Assembly: GCA_965207065.1 (NCBI GenBank) | Contig: OZ242260.1 | Span: 1-64,000 of the forward strand | Source: a bacterium | GTDB taxonomy: Bacteria; UBA8248 | DNA length: 64,000 nucleotides | Direction: 5' to 3' | In this document: positions 20,886-30,772 of the stretch, in pieces | How positions within the stretch are numbered: position 1 is the first letter of the stretch | Layout: every line of letters starts with the position of its first letter | Program-made: the position numbers and the translations under genes | Notes under the pieces: model-generated | Seen by the model: only the letters and a program-made list of their open reading frames with translations | Databases searched by the model: none | Told to the model about the DNA's origin: nothing

Positions 20886-21020
20886 ATGTACGAGAACGAC
20901 TACGACGTCGACGTTCCCACCGCAGGTGAGTTGCTCGCAGAACTCGGACTCGACGCGTACACGATCCGCAAGCTGCGCGACGAGGCGCGAGGCGAGGCGG
21001 AGGAGTTCTTTAGCGTCTAG
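20886..21020 (+). CDS. Small acidic protein (44 aa) upstream of ssb
   Basis: GAGAGGAGG RBS; MYENDYDVDVPTAGELLAELGLDAYTIRKLRDEARGEAEEFFSV*. Below the ORF-track cutoff. Confidence 0.55.
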   Translation: MYENDYDVDVPTAGELLAELGLDAYTIRKLRDEARGEAEEFFSV

Positions 21021-21098
21021 GGCGAAACGGGGGGGGGAGAGAAAGGATTTCCGGCTCCTCGACTTCATCATCCACACTACACTTCAAGGAGTATCAAA

Positions 21099-21533
21099 AT
21101 GGCATTCGGACTCAACAGAGCGGAACTGATCGGGCGTCTCGGCGCCGACGTCACCATCAACCATCTCGCGAGCGGCGGACGCGTCGCGAATCTTTCCATC
21201 GCAACCGACGAGGGCTACGTCGACAAGCAGTCGGGCGATCGGGTGGAGAAGACCGAGTGGCACCGGGTCGTGACCTTCCAGCCCGGCCTGGTGGACATGT
21301 TCGAGCAGCACGCGAAGAAGGGACGCCTGGTCTACGTCGCGGGCAAGCTCCAGACCCGCCGCTGGAAGAAGGACGAGGAGGATTCCGATCGGTTCTCCAC
21401 CGAGATCCTCATCGCGCCGGGGGGACGCGTGCAGTTCCTCGACAAGGTGAACGGCAACGGCAACGGCGCGCACCCCGAGACGGCGGACGTGGCGGCCACC
21501 GCGGGCGTAGTCGGGCAGGAGATTCCATTCTGA
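21099..21533 (+). CDS. ssb: Single-stranded DNA-binding protein
   Basis: LNRAELIGRLGAD...KTEWHRVV...VYVAGKLQTRRW, C-terminal EIPF. Confidence 0.95.
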   Translation: MAFGLNRAELIGRLGADVTINHLASGGRVANLSIATDEGYVDKQSGDRVEKTEWHRVVTFQPGLVDMFEQHAKKGRLVYVAGKLQTRRWKKDEEDSDRFSTEILIAPGGRVQFLDKVNGNGNGAHPETADVAATAGVVGQEIPF

Positions 21534-21540
21534 TCACCCC

Positions 21541-21578
21541 GGGGGGTCGGCGCCACGCGCTGGCCCCCCTTCTTTTTT
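21541..21578 (+). terminator. Rho-independent terminator after ssb
   Basis: GGGGGTCGGCG-loop-CGCTGGCCCCC followed by TTCTTTTTT. Confidence 0.65.
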
Positions 21579-22143
21579 GCTCCGGATCCCGAGGAGGCCC
21601 ATTATGCCCCGAACACCCTCTCCCACGTCTTTCCCTCCCTGTCGGCTTCTCTCGTCTACAGGGAACTCCTGAAAAATCTCCGGTTCCGTGAACGATAAAC
21701 CATGTTCCCGGAAGATCGGCAGGCGCCTGCAATGACTCCATGCTTAAGACAGTGGCTCGGTCCACCCCCCGCTGCGGGAATTCCGGGCCGGAAAAACGGC
21801 CCGAAATGACCCTTTCCGCAGCATGAAGGGATGTTTCCGGATGAGCTTCGCCTTCATCGTGAAACACCAAAGGCTCTTGTGTCCCGGTGGCGGTACTGAT
21901 GTCTCTCTCTTAGCGTCCTCATTTTAGCACGAACACCGAGCGAATAAAGGGTGGCCGCAAGCGGCCATCATTTGCCGGTGCCCCCCAAAAAACGATGAGG
22001 CGTGTTTTTCGGGAACCCCCCGGAAAATGACAAGCCCTTGATTCGCCCGCCTACGGGCATCGGCAACACCGCCCGATGCCCTTACGTGCTGAAAATGGGG
22101 CGCTAAGAAGCGCATCCGTTAACTCTCTGGAAAGGAGAAAGGC

Positions 22144-22515
22144 ATGGAAACCACCGTGGTGAACCTGAACACCTATGTTGATGAACTCGGCAGCGGCTTG
22201 ATGGTGAGGATCGACCGCATGACGAAGTGGGGAAATCCCTTCCGGGTCGGCACCGACGGCGACCGCGACGACGTCATCGAGAAATACCGCCAATGGCTGT
22301 GGAGAAAAATCCAGCGCCAGGAGCTCGACCTCCACGAACTCGCCGACCTGCAAGGCTGCGAGCTCGGCTGCCACTGCCATCCCATGCCGTGCCACGGCGA
22401 CGTCCTCGCCCGCGCCGCCGAGTGGGCAGCCGGGTATCTCGACGAGATGCCCAGGGAAGTGGGGCGCAACGAGCGTGGCTACGCTCTTCCCGAATTCGAC
22501 CATCCCCTCGCTTGA
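22144..22515 (+). CDS. DUF4326 protein
   Basis: IDRMTKWGNPF...GDRDDVIEKYRQWL...LGCHCHPMPCHGDVL. Confidence 0.88.
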   Translation: METTVVNLNTYVDELGSGLMVRIDRMTKWGNPFRVGTDGDRDDVIEKYRQWLWRKIQRQELDLHELADLQGCELGCHCHPMPCHGDVLARAAEWAAGYLDEMPREVGRNERGYALPEFDHPLA

Positions 22516-22565
22516 GGACAACCCGACCACCGGCTGGAAAACCCAATCACTGAAAGGAGTGAACG

Positions 22566-23522
22566 ATGACTGCCACCGCGACTCACGACCACAAGGAGAT
22601 GAACATGCACGAGCACAGCGAACACGAAGCGCAGAACGAATCTTTTACCGCCATGGTCTGCGAGCAGGCCGCCCTGTTCGGCGCGACTCCTGGGCCGGAT
22701 GAGTTCGACAACCGCCCCGTGTGGGACGAGGCCGAGGCGACCGCCGCCGTCATCAGGGCCTTCGGCGCACTCGCGGAAGCAGCCCCCGACGGAACGCAAC
22801 TCGCGGATGAGCGAAGAAACCTGCTGTGGGGATTCGTCAACACCTTGGACGCGCAGACACAGAGGCTCGACCGCGCCGCCGACAAGCTCATCCCCGGCAT
22901 CCGTGAACTCCAGCGCGAGCAGGACGGCTCCGAGATACGCTCCCGCGAACTCGAACTCAAGACCGACAGGGCCAACAACCTCACCGAGCGCAGGGACGCC
23001 TTCGAGGGACTGCGCGACACCGCCGCAGAGGCCTACCGCATCGAGACCGGCGAGGTATGGCGGCCGAGGCGAGGCTCGCACGTCAGCCAAACCAGCAAGC
23101 TCACCTCCGCCGTGATCGAGGCGCGCGACTTCCAGCGGGCGCGCAAGGACCGCGCGAACACCGCGCATCTTCCCCAGGGAACCCTCGTCGCCGTCGCGGG
23201 CGGCAAGGAGGCGAGCGATGCGGGGAAAATCATAGCGCATCTCGACAAGGTCAAGGCCAAGTACGCCGACGTCGTCCTCGTCCACGGCGGCGGCCCCGGT
23301 GCCGAGAAGATAGCGGCGGGATGGGCCGAGCGCAACGGCGTCCACCAGGTCGTCTGCAAGCCCGACTGGGACGCCCACGGCAGGGCCGCTCCCTTCAGGC
23401 GCAACGACGAACTCCTCGCACTCCTCCCCAAGGGCGTGATCGCCTTCCCGGGTTCGGGCATCACCGACAACCTCGTCGACAAGGCTAAAACCTTCGGCAT
23501 ACCCGTGCTGAAAGCCTCCTGA
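22566..23522 (+). CDS. DUF2493 (YspA/SLOG-like) protein of conjugative elements
   Basis: LVHGGGPGAEKIAAGWA...AAPFRRNDELL...FPGSGITDNLVDKA. Confidence 0.85.
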   Translation: MTATATHDHKEMNMHEHSEHEAQNESFTAMVCEQAALFGATPGPDEFDNRPVWDEAEATAAVIRAFGALAEAAPDGTQLADERRNLLWGFVNTLDAQTQRLDRAADKLIPGIRELQREQDGSEIRSRELELKTDRANNLTERRDAFEGLRDTAAEAYRIETGEVWRPRRGSHVSQTSKLTSAVIEARDFQRARKDRANTAHLPQGTLVAVAGGKEASDAGKIIAHLDKVKAKYADVVLVHGGGPGAEKIAAGWAERNGVHQVVCKPDWDAHGRAAPFRRNDELLALLPKGVIAFPGSGITDNLVDKAKTFGIPVLKAS

Positions 23523-24159
23523 TATGAGCACCCGACGGGTCGCGTCGCCACGCGGCGCGGCCCGTTGCGTCTCGTCGACCAACGCTCGCGCCAGTTGCGC
23601 CGGCAACGATGAAGACTCCACCGGTCTTGCCGCAGGAACAACTCCCCGCATTGCTCCTCGTGCTCATTCGCCGCGGCGGCTCCCGCTCGCCTCGTTCACC
23701 GGCAAAATTCCCCCGACTCGCATCCCCGAAGATCTCTGCACTAGCCGCCCTTCGGCGCTTCTTTCAGCACACCCGACGCAGCCGGCTGCGAGTGCAGGTC
23801 AATCGTGCGCCCGGCATGCAGTCACTTGCTCAAACGGCGCCAAATCCAGTCTCCTGTATGTCGGAAAAAGAAATACCAATCTGGTAGCATGCGAACCCCT
23901 TGAAATTCCTGCACTTAAACATAGCGTATGCTCTATGTAACTCGGCGTAATACGGGGGTTTTCTGCAGGATACCAAAATGGTAGTACTCAGACACGCGCT
24001 GCGCTATGATGGGTTCCGATTTGGTATTGTCGAATTTCGGCATCGATTCGAGGACTTTCCGGTTCGCGGCGGGTGCGTTTGATGAATAGAAACAGGGATT
24101 TTGAGATCGTTTTGGGACCGGAGTCGATGAAAATCCTCAAGAAAGGAGCGGCGAAACGA

Positions 24160-24501
24160 ATGGCGCAGACGACACAGAAGAACATCCGTTTCACGTCCAG
24201 ACAGTGGAAACGCGTCGAAAAAGAGGCTGATGAGCGGGGTATTTCGCCGAATCGGCTCGTAGTAGAGCTCACTATGGAAGCCCTTGAGCGTCGTGAATGG
24301 CCGAGAACGGAGGCGGAAATTCACCTGTTACGTTCTGCAATGTTCGTCGCACAGGCCATCATCCGCGACATGGAACGAGACGGACGGGAGGAGGAAATCG
24401 AGCAAATCAGCAGGAACATCTCCGAAATCGCACCGGAATTGCCGGGTAATTCGGCAACTGAACCTTTGGATCAGGCGGATACAAAAACCAACAATTCGTG
24501 A
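24160..24501 (+). CDS. Putative ribbon-helix-helix DNA-binding protein
   Basis: MAQTTQKNIRFTSRQWKRVEKEADERGISPNRLV. Degenerate paralogs at 28945-29200 and 30375-30460. Confidence 0.65.
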   Translation: MAQTTQKNIRFTSRQWKRVEKEADERGISPNRLVVELTMEALERREWPRTEAEIHLLRSAMFVAQAIIRDMERDGREEEIEQISRNISEIAPELPGNSATEPLDQADTKTNNS

Positions 24502-24589
24502 ATCGATATCCACCATTTAGGTGTCATTAACTCAACGAAACGGTTGGAAAGTTCAGTCTCGCTGAGTCTCAGCACATAACGGGCATCGC

Positions 24590-24700
24590 CCCAGGCACCG
24601 TCAGCACCGGGCCATGACGGGATACGCTCACTTGGCTGACAGCCACCTTGCCGATGCAGCGGAGAGGATCGGAAACACGGTTATCGTAACTGTGAAAAGA
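24590..24700 (+). pseudogene. Tyrosine integrase C-terminal relic
   Basis: HRQHRAMTGYAHLADSHLADAAERIG resembles the GH....T..YAHL....AA..VG tail of the 14-16 kb integrases. Confidence 0.6.
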
Positions 24701-24921
24701 CGCAGAACATCGGACCCGCCATGACACACCCCTCGATCACCTCACTTCTCTGACAAATCGGCCCCGTTTTTGTCGTATCGATTCGGTAAGATACCGTACT
24801 TCTTCCCAGTGTAACAGGCGACTGAGGGTTGAGAACACTCACGATAGTATAACCATTTGGTTTAGGAATCATGTGCCCTGGATCATATGGCAATTTCGCC
24901 GTCAGGAGGAGGTATCTTGAA

Positions 24922-26232
24922 TCATCGTAATTTTATCTCTCTCACAGAACGGACGAAATCGATATGTTTTGCGCGAGATTGCGCAGTGATGGGGATTTCA
25001 GCCGCCCTTATCTTGGTGCAGATCGTTTCCATCTCTTGGTGCGTCAATTCCGGATCCGATGAGCAATTACTTGAGAAGGCGATGTAGCGGTGCAGGTCCG
25101 CCATACCCATGCAAATCACGCCTCGCATCCGCCATGTTTCTTGCTGATTCGCAATCTTCTCGTGTTCATCAAACGGCAGGAATTCGTCCGCCGTTTTCAG
25201 GTGTGCATCTCCTACGAACGCCACGATTGGCCGAAGTAACCATCGATCAACGATTCCGCGTCTAACAAGAGCCTTTGCGTGCCCCTCGTTTTGAAATAGC
25301 GGATTGTAAAACTTGAACTTCTTCGACTTGATTCCTGCATTACGAGACCGGCGGCCCGCCTTGAATAATTGAGTCCACTGCTTCTGGCCAGGCTTTCCGA
25401 ATACCCACCCGTTCATTTCTTTGGTCTCAATCAGAAATACAGCGCTTGGCGACACCAAGATATGGTCGATCTGCGTTGTCCCTTGTCCGGAAGGCAGCAT
25501 GACGTCATTCATCAGCATCCAATCCCTGTAACGTCTCATCAACTCCCGACCCACCAAACGCTCGCCATCGTTAATCGGTGTTGCTGTCAAATCTCGTGTA
25601 TGGCTGTCCTGAGTCCAGCGGCCTTCCTTCCCGTTTCTTTTAAGTCCAAACCATCGATGAACCTCACGTCGGCGATCACGTCTGCCAGATGACGGAAGCC
25701 GCGTAGCCGGCCCTGTCGCTTCTCGGCGCTCATGGCGAACTGATGCACGAGACGTAGAGCCGTCTTTTAGCTCAGGCAGTTCCTGGTCTTCGCCGTTCGC
25801 GGCCGGATTGTGGCGAAGGTCTACTTGATGGGGTTTATCGTCCGAAGGCTCTGCCAGTGCGTCGCCGGGAAGTCGTAGAAGGCGAGAAGTTCCTCCCGAC
25901 GGCGTTGGCTGAGGCAAAGCAACTTTTGTGGTGCCGAGTTTCCGGCCAAGCAGATACAGCAGAAGCGCTAAAACGATAGCGCCTACGATCCAAACATCCC
26001 AAGCCCCATCCACTAGGTCAGGGACTAATGCTGTCCAGGACACGACACTCTCGGAAGCGGAAAATTCAGGCATATTTGCGTTGTAGACAACAATCTTCTG
26101 GCCAATATGCACCAAATCAGGATTTTCGATACGATTCCATCTCTGCAATGCGTCCACGCTGACGCCATAACGAGCCGCAATTTCGGAAAGCGTCTCTCCT
26201 GGTTCGACATGCGTCTCTATGATTTTGTTCAT
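24922..26232 (-). CDS. LysM + TM + NERD nuclease-domain protein carrying an in-frame IS256 relic
   Basis: HVEPGETLSEIAARYGVSVDALQRWNRIENPDLV (LysM), a TM helix, then TTQIDHILVSPSAVFLIETK...FYNPLFQNEGH (NERD). Confidence 0.8.
   Translation of the reverse strand: MNKIIETHVEPGETLSEIAARYGVSVDALQRWNRIENPDLVHIGQKIVVYNANMPEFSASESVVSWTALVPDLVDGAWDVWIVGAIVLALLLYLLGRKLGTTKVALPQPTPSGGTSRLLRLPGDALAEPSDDKPHQVDLRHNPAANGEDQELPELKDGSTSRASVRHERREATGPATRLPSSGRRDRRREVHRWFGLKRNGKEGRWTQDSHTRDLTATPINDGERLVGRELMRRYRDWMLMNDVMLPSGQGTTQIDHILVSPSAVFLIETKEMNGWVFGKPGQKQWTQLFKAGRRSRNAGIKSKKFKFYNPLFQNEGHAKALVRRGIVDRWLLRPIVAFVGDAHLKTADEFLPFDEHEKIANQQETWRMRGVICMGMADLHRYIAFSSNCSSDPELTHQEMETICTKIRAAEIPITAQSRAKHIDFVRSVREIKLR
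25580..25900 (-). mobile_element. IS256-family 3' relic embedded in the LysM-NERD gene
   Basis: Alternate frame reads REELLAFYDFPATHWQSLRTINPI...LVHQFAMSAEKR..LRGFRHLADVIADVRFIDG. End sequence matches 7090-7115. Confidence 0.8.
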
Positions 26233-26306
26233 TTCGGCTCCGCGCCAAGACAAGGACAACTAAAGATTTTGCATTCTCTGAAATCTGCCGAACCAATCTC
26301 TCGTGT

Positions 26307-26720
26307 TCATTTCGGAAACGGTATCCAGCTGACAATGTCTCTTAGGCTGGTGGTGAGGACCCATGTCTTCCCGGTTTGGCAGTCCATCAGAAATGTATTT
26401 CGAGCTGCTAATCCTGAGGTGAATACAACAAACCTCGCTTCACGCGTACCGGATGTATCCGGTAGACCCAGCACGGGCATCTTCTGCCAGGTTACTTCGC
26501 CATTTCGTGTTTTCACTAACTGATCTACATTCCCTGTGTATCGGTCCAATCGAAACGTCCACCTCACCGCTAGGGGGGACTGCACAATCGCAAATCGACC
26601 CTCTCGCGGCTGTGGTGTGGATTGATGGACTCTGGCAGTAATAGACTGCGGCGATGCCGAATCGGCTAGAAAAAAAACTATGCAAATAACCACTCCAACG
26701 GGTATAGAACTGCGCATCAC
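26307..26720 (-). CDS. Putative secreted protein
   Basis: N-terminal signal-like segment; internal repeat (RFAIVQSPLAVRWTFRLDRYTGNV / RFVVFTSGLAARNTFLMDCQTGKT). Confidence 0.65.
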   Translation of the reverse strand: MMRSSIPVGVVICIVFFLADSASPQSITARVHQSTPQPREGRFAIVQSPLAVRWTFRLDRYTGNVDQLVKTRNGEVTWQKMPVLGLPDTSGTREARFVVFTSGLAARNTFLMDCQTGKTWVLTTSLRDIVSWIPFPK

Positions 26721-27019
26721 TCCTTCTCCGATTCTTTCGTCAGGTCATGACAATATGCGGTATCAGAAAAAAATCTCGCTTCAATTTTTATCTACGAAAA
26801 TAGTGTATTTTCTTGTCAATTCCAAGCAACGGGCTATATTTATATGCACAAGAAGCTCTTTATCGTCTTCATACGGAGGTAGTGAAAAGCAACTTGGGGT
26901 TGGAGAGTAGGCATCTCACCATGACGAGGAAAGCGACATTGAGCGTGGTCCGCCGTTGCCGTATATGCGATCATGATCTTGCCCACCGTCGCGGTAGCAT
27001 TGCAGAGTGCTCAATTCTA

Positions 27020-27400
27020 TTATGTCGGTAACATAGAGAGAGTCATCTCCGCCTCTATCGACACTTCGAGAACATGGTTGACAATGACGTCCATCGGGTC
27101 ACCGTGTTTGGAAAGGTAGGCGATCACATCACGCAACAGCGCCTCAGAACGTTCCCGACCCACGCTCGGCAGGATGATTAGGCCTGGATGCACTTCCTGA
27201 GTGGAAACGAGCGCACGGAAATCGCGTGCGTTGGCCGTCACGAGCACAAGGTCCTGCTCGACACATCTGGCTAATACATGGTGATCAGACGCCCCCAACC
27301 CACCGAAGTCGCGCGGATGCAGAGCAACATGAATCCCCTCGGCGTTCAGAGCCTGGGCAATTTTTGGGGACAGACACTCATCGAGAAACAACCGCATCAA
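27020..27400 (-). CDS. DUF5615 PIN-like toxin
   Basis: MRLFLDECLSP...SDHHVLARCVEQDLVLVTANARDF...HPGLIIL. Confidence 0.85.
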   Translation of the reverse strand: MMRLFLDECLSPKIAQALNAEGIHVALHPRDFGGLGASDHHVLARCVEQDLVLVTANARDFRALVSTQEVHPGLIILPSVGRERSEALLRDVIAYLSKHGDPMDVIVNHVLEVSIEAEMTLSMLPT

Positions 27401-27417
27401 CTTGCCGGAACCGTCAG

Positions 27418-28008
27418 CTAGGCTGCGTTTCGCCAGGGTCTGCCGGACGGACGGCCTCGGAGTGGATGGGTTTTGGCGTAGATCTCGGCGGCCTCGAACG
27501 CTTCGCGCGGAATCTCCGGGTAGTCCTCTACGAGATCATCGATACTGTCTCCATCCTGCAGCCGCCCCAGAATCGCGTAAACCGTCAACCGTGTTCCGGC
27601 TATGACCGGTGTACCCCCGAGGATGTCTTCATCCGACGTGATGTATCGATCACGGGCTTTTCGGTATCGTTCGGCGTCACGTAGAGAGTCCGCCGCTAAA
27701 CGCTCGAGATCTAGCATCGCGCCGGGAGTGAATTCGATTGTCTCAAGCTGCATGGGCTCAAGCCGGATCATACTCGTCCAGATCGCCCGTTTATGGCGCA
27801 AAGGGAGGTCTGTAAGGTTGGCTGCTTTCAGGGTATGGAAATAGACCACGGCCCGGACAGGGAGATAGCGCATCGCGCCACCGCGAAGACGGGCCGGGCC
27901 GGTGAGGGCATCCAAGACGCGGGCTTCCAGGGCTTTTTCGACCGTTGTCCGGGATACTCCCGAGAGGGCAGCGGTTTCCCTGATTGTCAAATCGGCTGTG
28001 ACAGGCAT
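27418..28008 (-). CDS. DUF433 antitoxin with N-terminal HTH extension
   Basis: ITSDEDILGGTPVIAGTRLTV...LVEDYPEI. Confidence 0.85.
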   Translation of the reverse strand: MPVTADLTIRETAALSGVSRTTVEKALEARVLDALTGPARLRGGAMRYLPVRAVVYFHTLKAANLTDLPLRHKRAIWTSMIRLEPMQLETIEFTPGAMLDLERLAADSLRDAERYRKARDRYITSDEDILGGTPVIAGTRLTVYAILGRLQDGDSIDDLVEDYPEIPREAFEAAEIYAKTHPLRGRPSGRPWRNAA

Positions 28009-28154
28009 AATTCACCCCCTTTCGGGGATGAATATAGGGCAACACCGTATGGTTTGCAAGTCTTGCCGGGTTCGGTAATTCGCGTACCGGCCGTAGCGAC
28101 CCCACCTCGCCCCAGTGTGATGTTTTCGGGAAGGCGCGTCCATCTCATCGTTTG

Positions 28155-28944
28155 GCCGGGTAGGCGGGGTCGTTGTCGAGCCCCGCCCCCCACAGACCCG
28201 AGCGTGCGCGATTTACGCACTCGGTTCCTCACCTGACAGGTTCGCTCAAGAAGCTCGAATGCTTCCTCGCCTGTTCGGCTATCCACTGATGTTTCGTGTA
28301 CGTGTTCGTGGAACTCAGGGTTTCCTCCAACGTTTCCCATCAGTGGCTCTGTACAGATGACGCCCCGCTTCCCTCCAGCGGGTCCCGGTGGCCACGGTTC
28401 CCCGCCTTCAGCGGTACTATCAAGGCGCTACGACTTCCTGCCCTCGCAACTCCTTCGGCTTATTGTTTTCGCCAGCCGGTTCCGCGGGCGCCTGCCGGGT
28501 TCGTGTCCGCCCTGGGGCGCTCCCGCCGCCGTGCAGGTCCGGCGTCGGGCCGGGGTCTGGATTGTTCACGCCGGTCGTCCCCTTTCCAGCGTTCTTGCCC
28601 ACGGGCAAGAGCAGGATCTCCCAGGTTCCCTGGCGACCCATCCCCGTAACTTTGCGCCGGTCCACGACCCCGGACGACCCGTTGCGCCTCGCCAATAGCG
28701 GCGCTTCCGGTGCTGCCCCCACACGATTAACAATGAGTGCGTCGTCGATTCACCGATTTCGAGGCTTACCCCGCCGCTTCATCACCTGCTGTCTTCGCTT
28801 CACGACGCGCGTTGCCGCACGCCACGTAAGACTCGCTTCCGGCTGGCCGGCTTCGCCTTTGCCGGGCGGGAGTCGAACCCGCTGCGTCACTACGAGAGGT
28901 TTCAGGTCATGGCGTCCTCCTCTCCAGGGCTTAGCCTGGCGCAA
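28155..28944 (-). ncRNA. Group II intron, internally deleted (no functional RT)
   Basis: 5' TTGCGCCAGGC; domain V GAACCGAGTGCGTAAATCGCGCACGCTCGGGTC; domain VI hairpin ending CTACCCGGC. Only a 33-codon IEP-like remnant remains (28229-28330). Confidence 0.75.
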
Positions 28945-29200
28945 TAAGGGTCACGTCCGAGCAGTGGATGCGCCTCGAAAAAGAGGCCGATAGGCCCGAA
29001 AATTCGCCGAACAGACTCATGCTCGAACTCGCGATCGAGGCCATCGAGCGCCGGGAATGGCCGCGAACCGAGGCCGAAATCCACCTGTTGCGTTCCGCGG
29101 TGTTCGCGGCGCGGGCAATCATACGCAACATAGAGAGGGCAGGCGGGAGGATGAGATCGAGCGAATCAGCCGGAATATCTCCGAAGTTGCGCCGGAAAAG
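28945..29200 (+). pseudogene. Degenerate copy of the 24160 RHH-like gene, 5' end cut by the intron
   Basis: IRVTSEQWMRLEKEAD...ERREWPRTEAEIHLLRSA. Confidence 0.75.
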
Positions 29201-29706
29201 TCGCGCAAATCGGAGAGAATTTGACTTGCGGGAGCGAAAGTCACAGGGGACTGTGTAACGTCTAGATTTTGTTTGGAGGTGTAGCTTTTGAACTCAAGGG
29301 GAATAGAGAAGGGCTATAAGTCTTCGTGAATCAGAATCAATGCCTACTTGGTTGCCGGGTTCAGATACAGCATAACGTGCTCACCGCTCAATACAAGATA
29401 TTGATTTCACTTCGTCATGTGTATAATCACGGATGAAATCGCGGAGTCTAGGGGTGATGGGGTTCAATACGAGCCTCGGCGCCTTCGTAAACCTGATCGG
29501 ATACCATCACCTGAAAGCCGGAGTTTCTATTGATTTATGGGACAGGATCGGGAAGTGAAGCGGTGAAAATGAAGTTCCTGGCGCACGTAGCTATCGATCT
29601 CGAGAATGTTAAATGTATAAACTCGAGTCGTCCAATACGGCGTGTTAATTCGCAAGTCGTCTGGTAGCACACGAGAAACACGAGCAACTGACGAGGAGGT
29701 GACGTC

Positions 29707-30006
29707 ATGAACCCCAAAATAACCATACCGAAACCCGCGCTTTCCGCCTTCTGTCGGGAGAACGGTATCCGGCGGCTTTCCGTCTTTGGCTCGGCCTTGC
29801 GTGAGGATTTCGGACCCGGGAGCGATATAGACCTCCTCGTCGAATTCGAGCCGGAAGCCCGAATCGGCTTCATGAAGCTGGCCAGGATGCAGAGGGAGTT
29901 GGCGGCTATCATCCACCGTAAGGTGGACCTGGTTCCCCAAGATGGATTGAAACCGAAAATACGAACGGAGGCGCTTTCGGGCGCGGAAGTGATCTATGCG
30001 GCGTGA
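29707..30006 (+). CDS. Minimal nucleotidyltransferase (MNT) antitoxin
   Basis: LSVFGSALREDFGPGSDIDLLVEF...RKVDLV. Confidence 0.9.
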   Translation: MNPKITIPKPALSAFCRENGIRRLSVFGSALREDFGPGSDIDLLVEFEPEARIGFMKLARMQRELAAIIHRKVDLVPQDGLKPKIRTEALSGAEVIYAA

Positions 30007-30352
30007 GGAACTCTACCTCGCCGACATGCTGGAGGCCGCGGACGCCATCGGCCGATTCCTTCTGGAAACCGAGCAACATTCGTTCATCGCGAACGACCTG
30101 CTGCGCAGCGCCGTCCTGCATAAATTGGCGGTCATCGGAGAAGGAGCAGCCCGGTTGTCCGATGCGTTTCGGGCGCGCCATCCCCAAATCGAATGGGGAG
30201 ACATCGTGGCGTTTCGCAACATCATCGTTCACGCCTACTTTTCTGTGAATTGGCCTATCGTCTGGGTGACGGCGACACAGGACGTTCCGGAACTTCGGCA
30301 AGGAATCGCCCGGATACTTGCGCAAGAATACCCTGACGGGGAGGCACGGTAG
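29996..30352 (+). CDS. HEPN (DUF86) toxin
   Basis: YLADMLEA...IGEGA...FRNIIVHAY (RX4H motif). Confidence 0.9.
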   Translation: MRREELYLADMLEAADAIGRFLLETEQHSFIANDLLRSAVLHKLAVIGEGAARLSDAFRARHPQIEWGDIVAFRNIIVHAYFSVNWPIVWVTATQDVPELRQGIARILAQEYPDGEAR

Positions 30353-30772
30353 CCTTCCTCGAAGCCGCGCAGAAACAATACACGACATGGAGCGAGATGG
30401 ACTTGAAGAACACTCCAGTCAGCCATAATATCTCAGAAGTCGCGTCCGAATTGCCGAAAATATCTGCTCGCCGTGAAGGCTAATCTCATCTAACTGCATG
30501 TCGGGCCGGACGTATTCTATCGCCCGCACAGAGATATCCTCCATTCCTTGTTTTGCATTTACTTCATGGGCGACATGATCCAAATTGTGTGCTTGTGAAT
30601 GCAGTGGAACGTAACTGCCTTCTCAAAATTATTTATAGCCTGCGCATGGTGTCATCGTGGAAAACAGCTCGCAACCTCTTAAAATATACAGTTGCTAAAA
30701 CTTATGCTTGGTGAAGTATGTGTATTTCTGATTCATGTCACGGAAGGAAAGAACCGTCAGTAGTCGGGGGCG

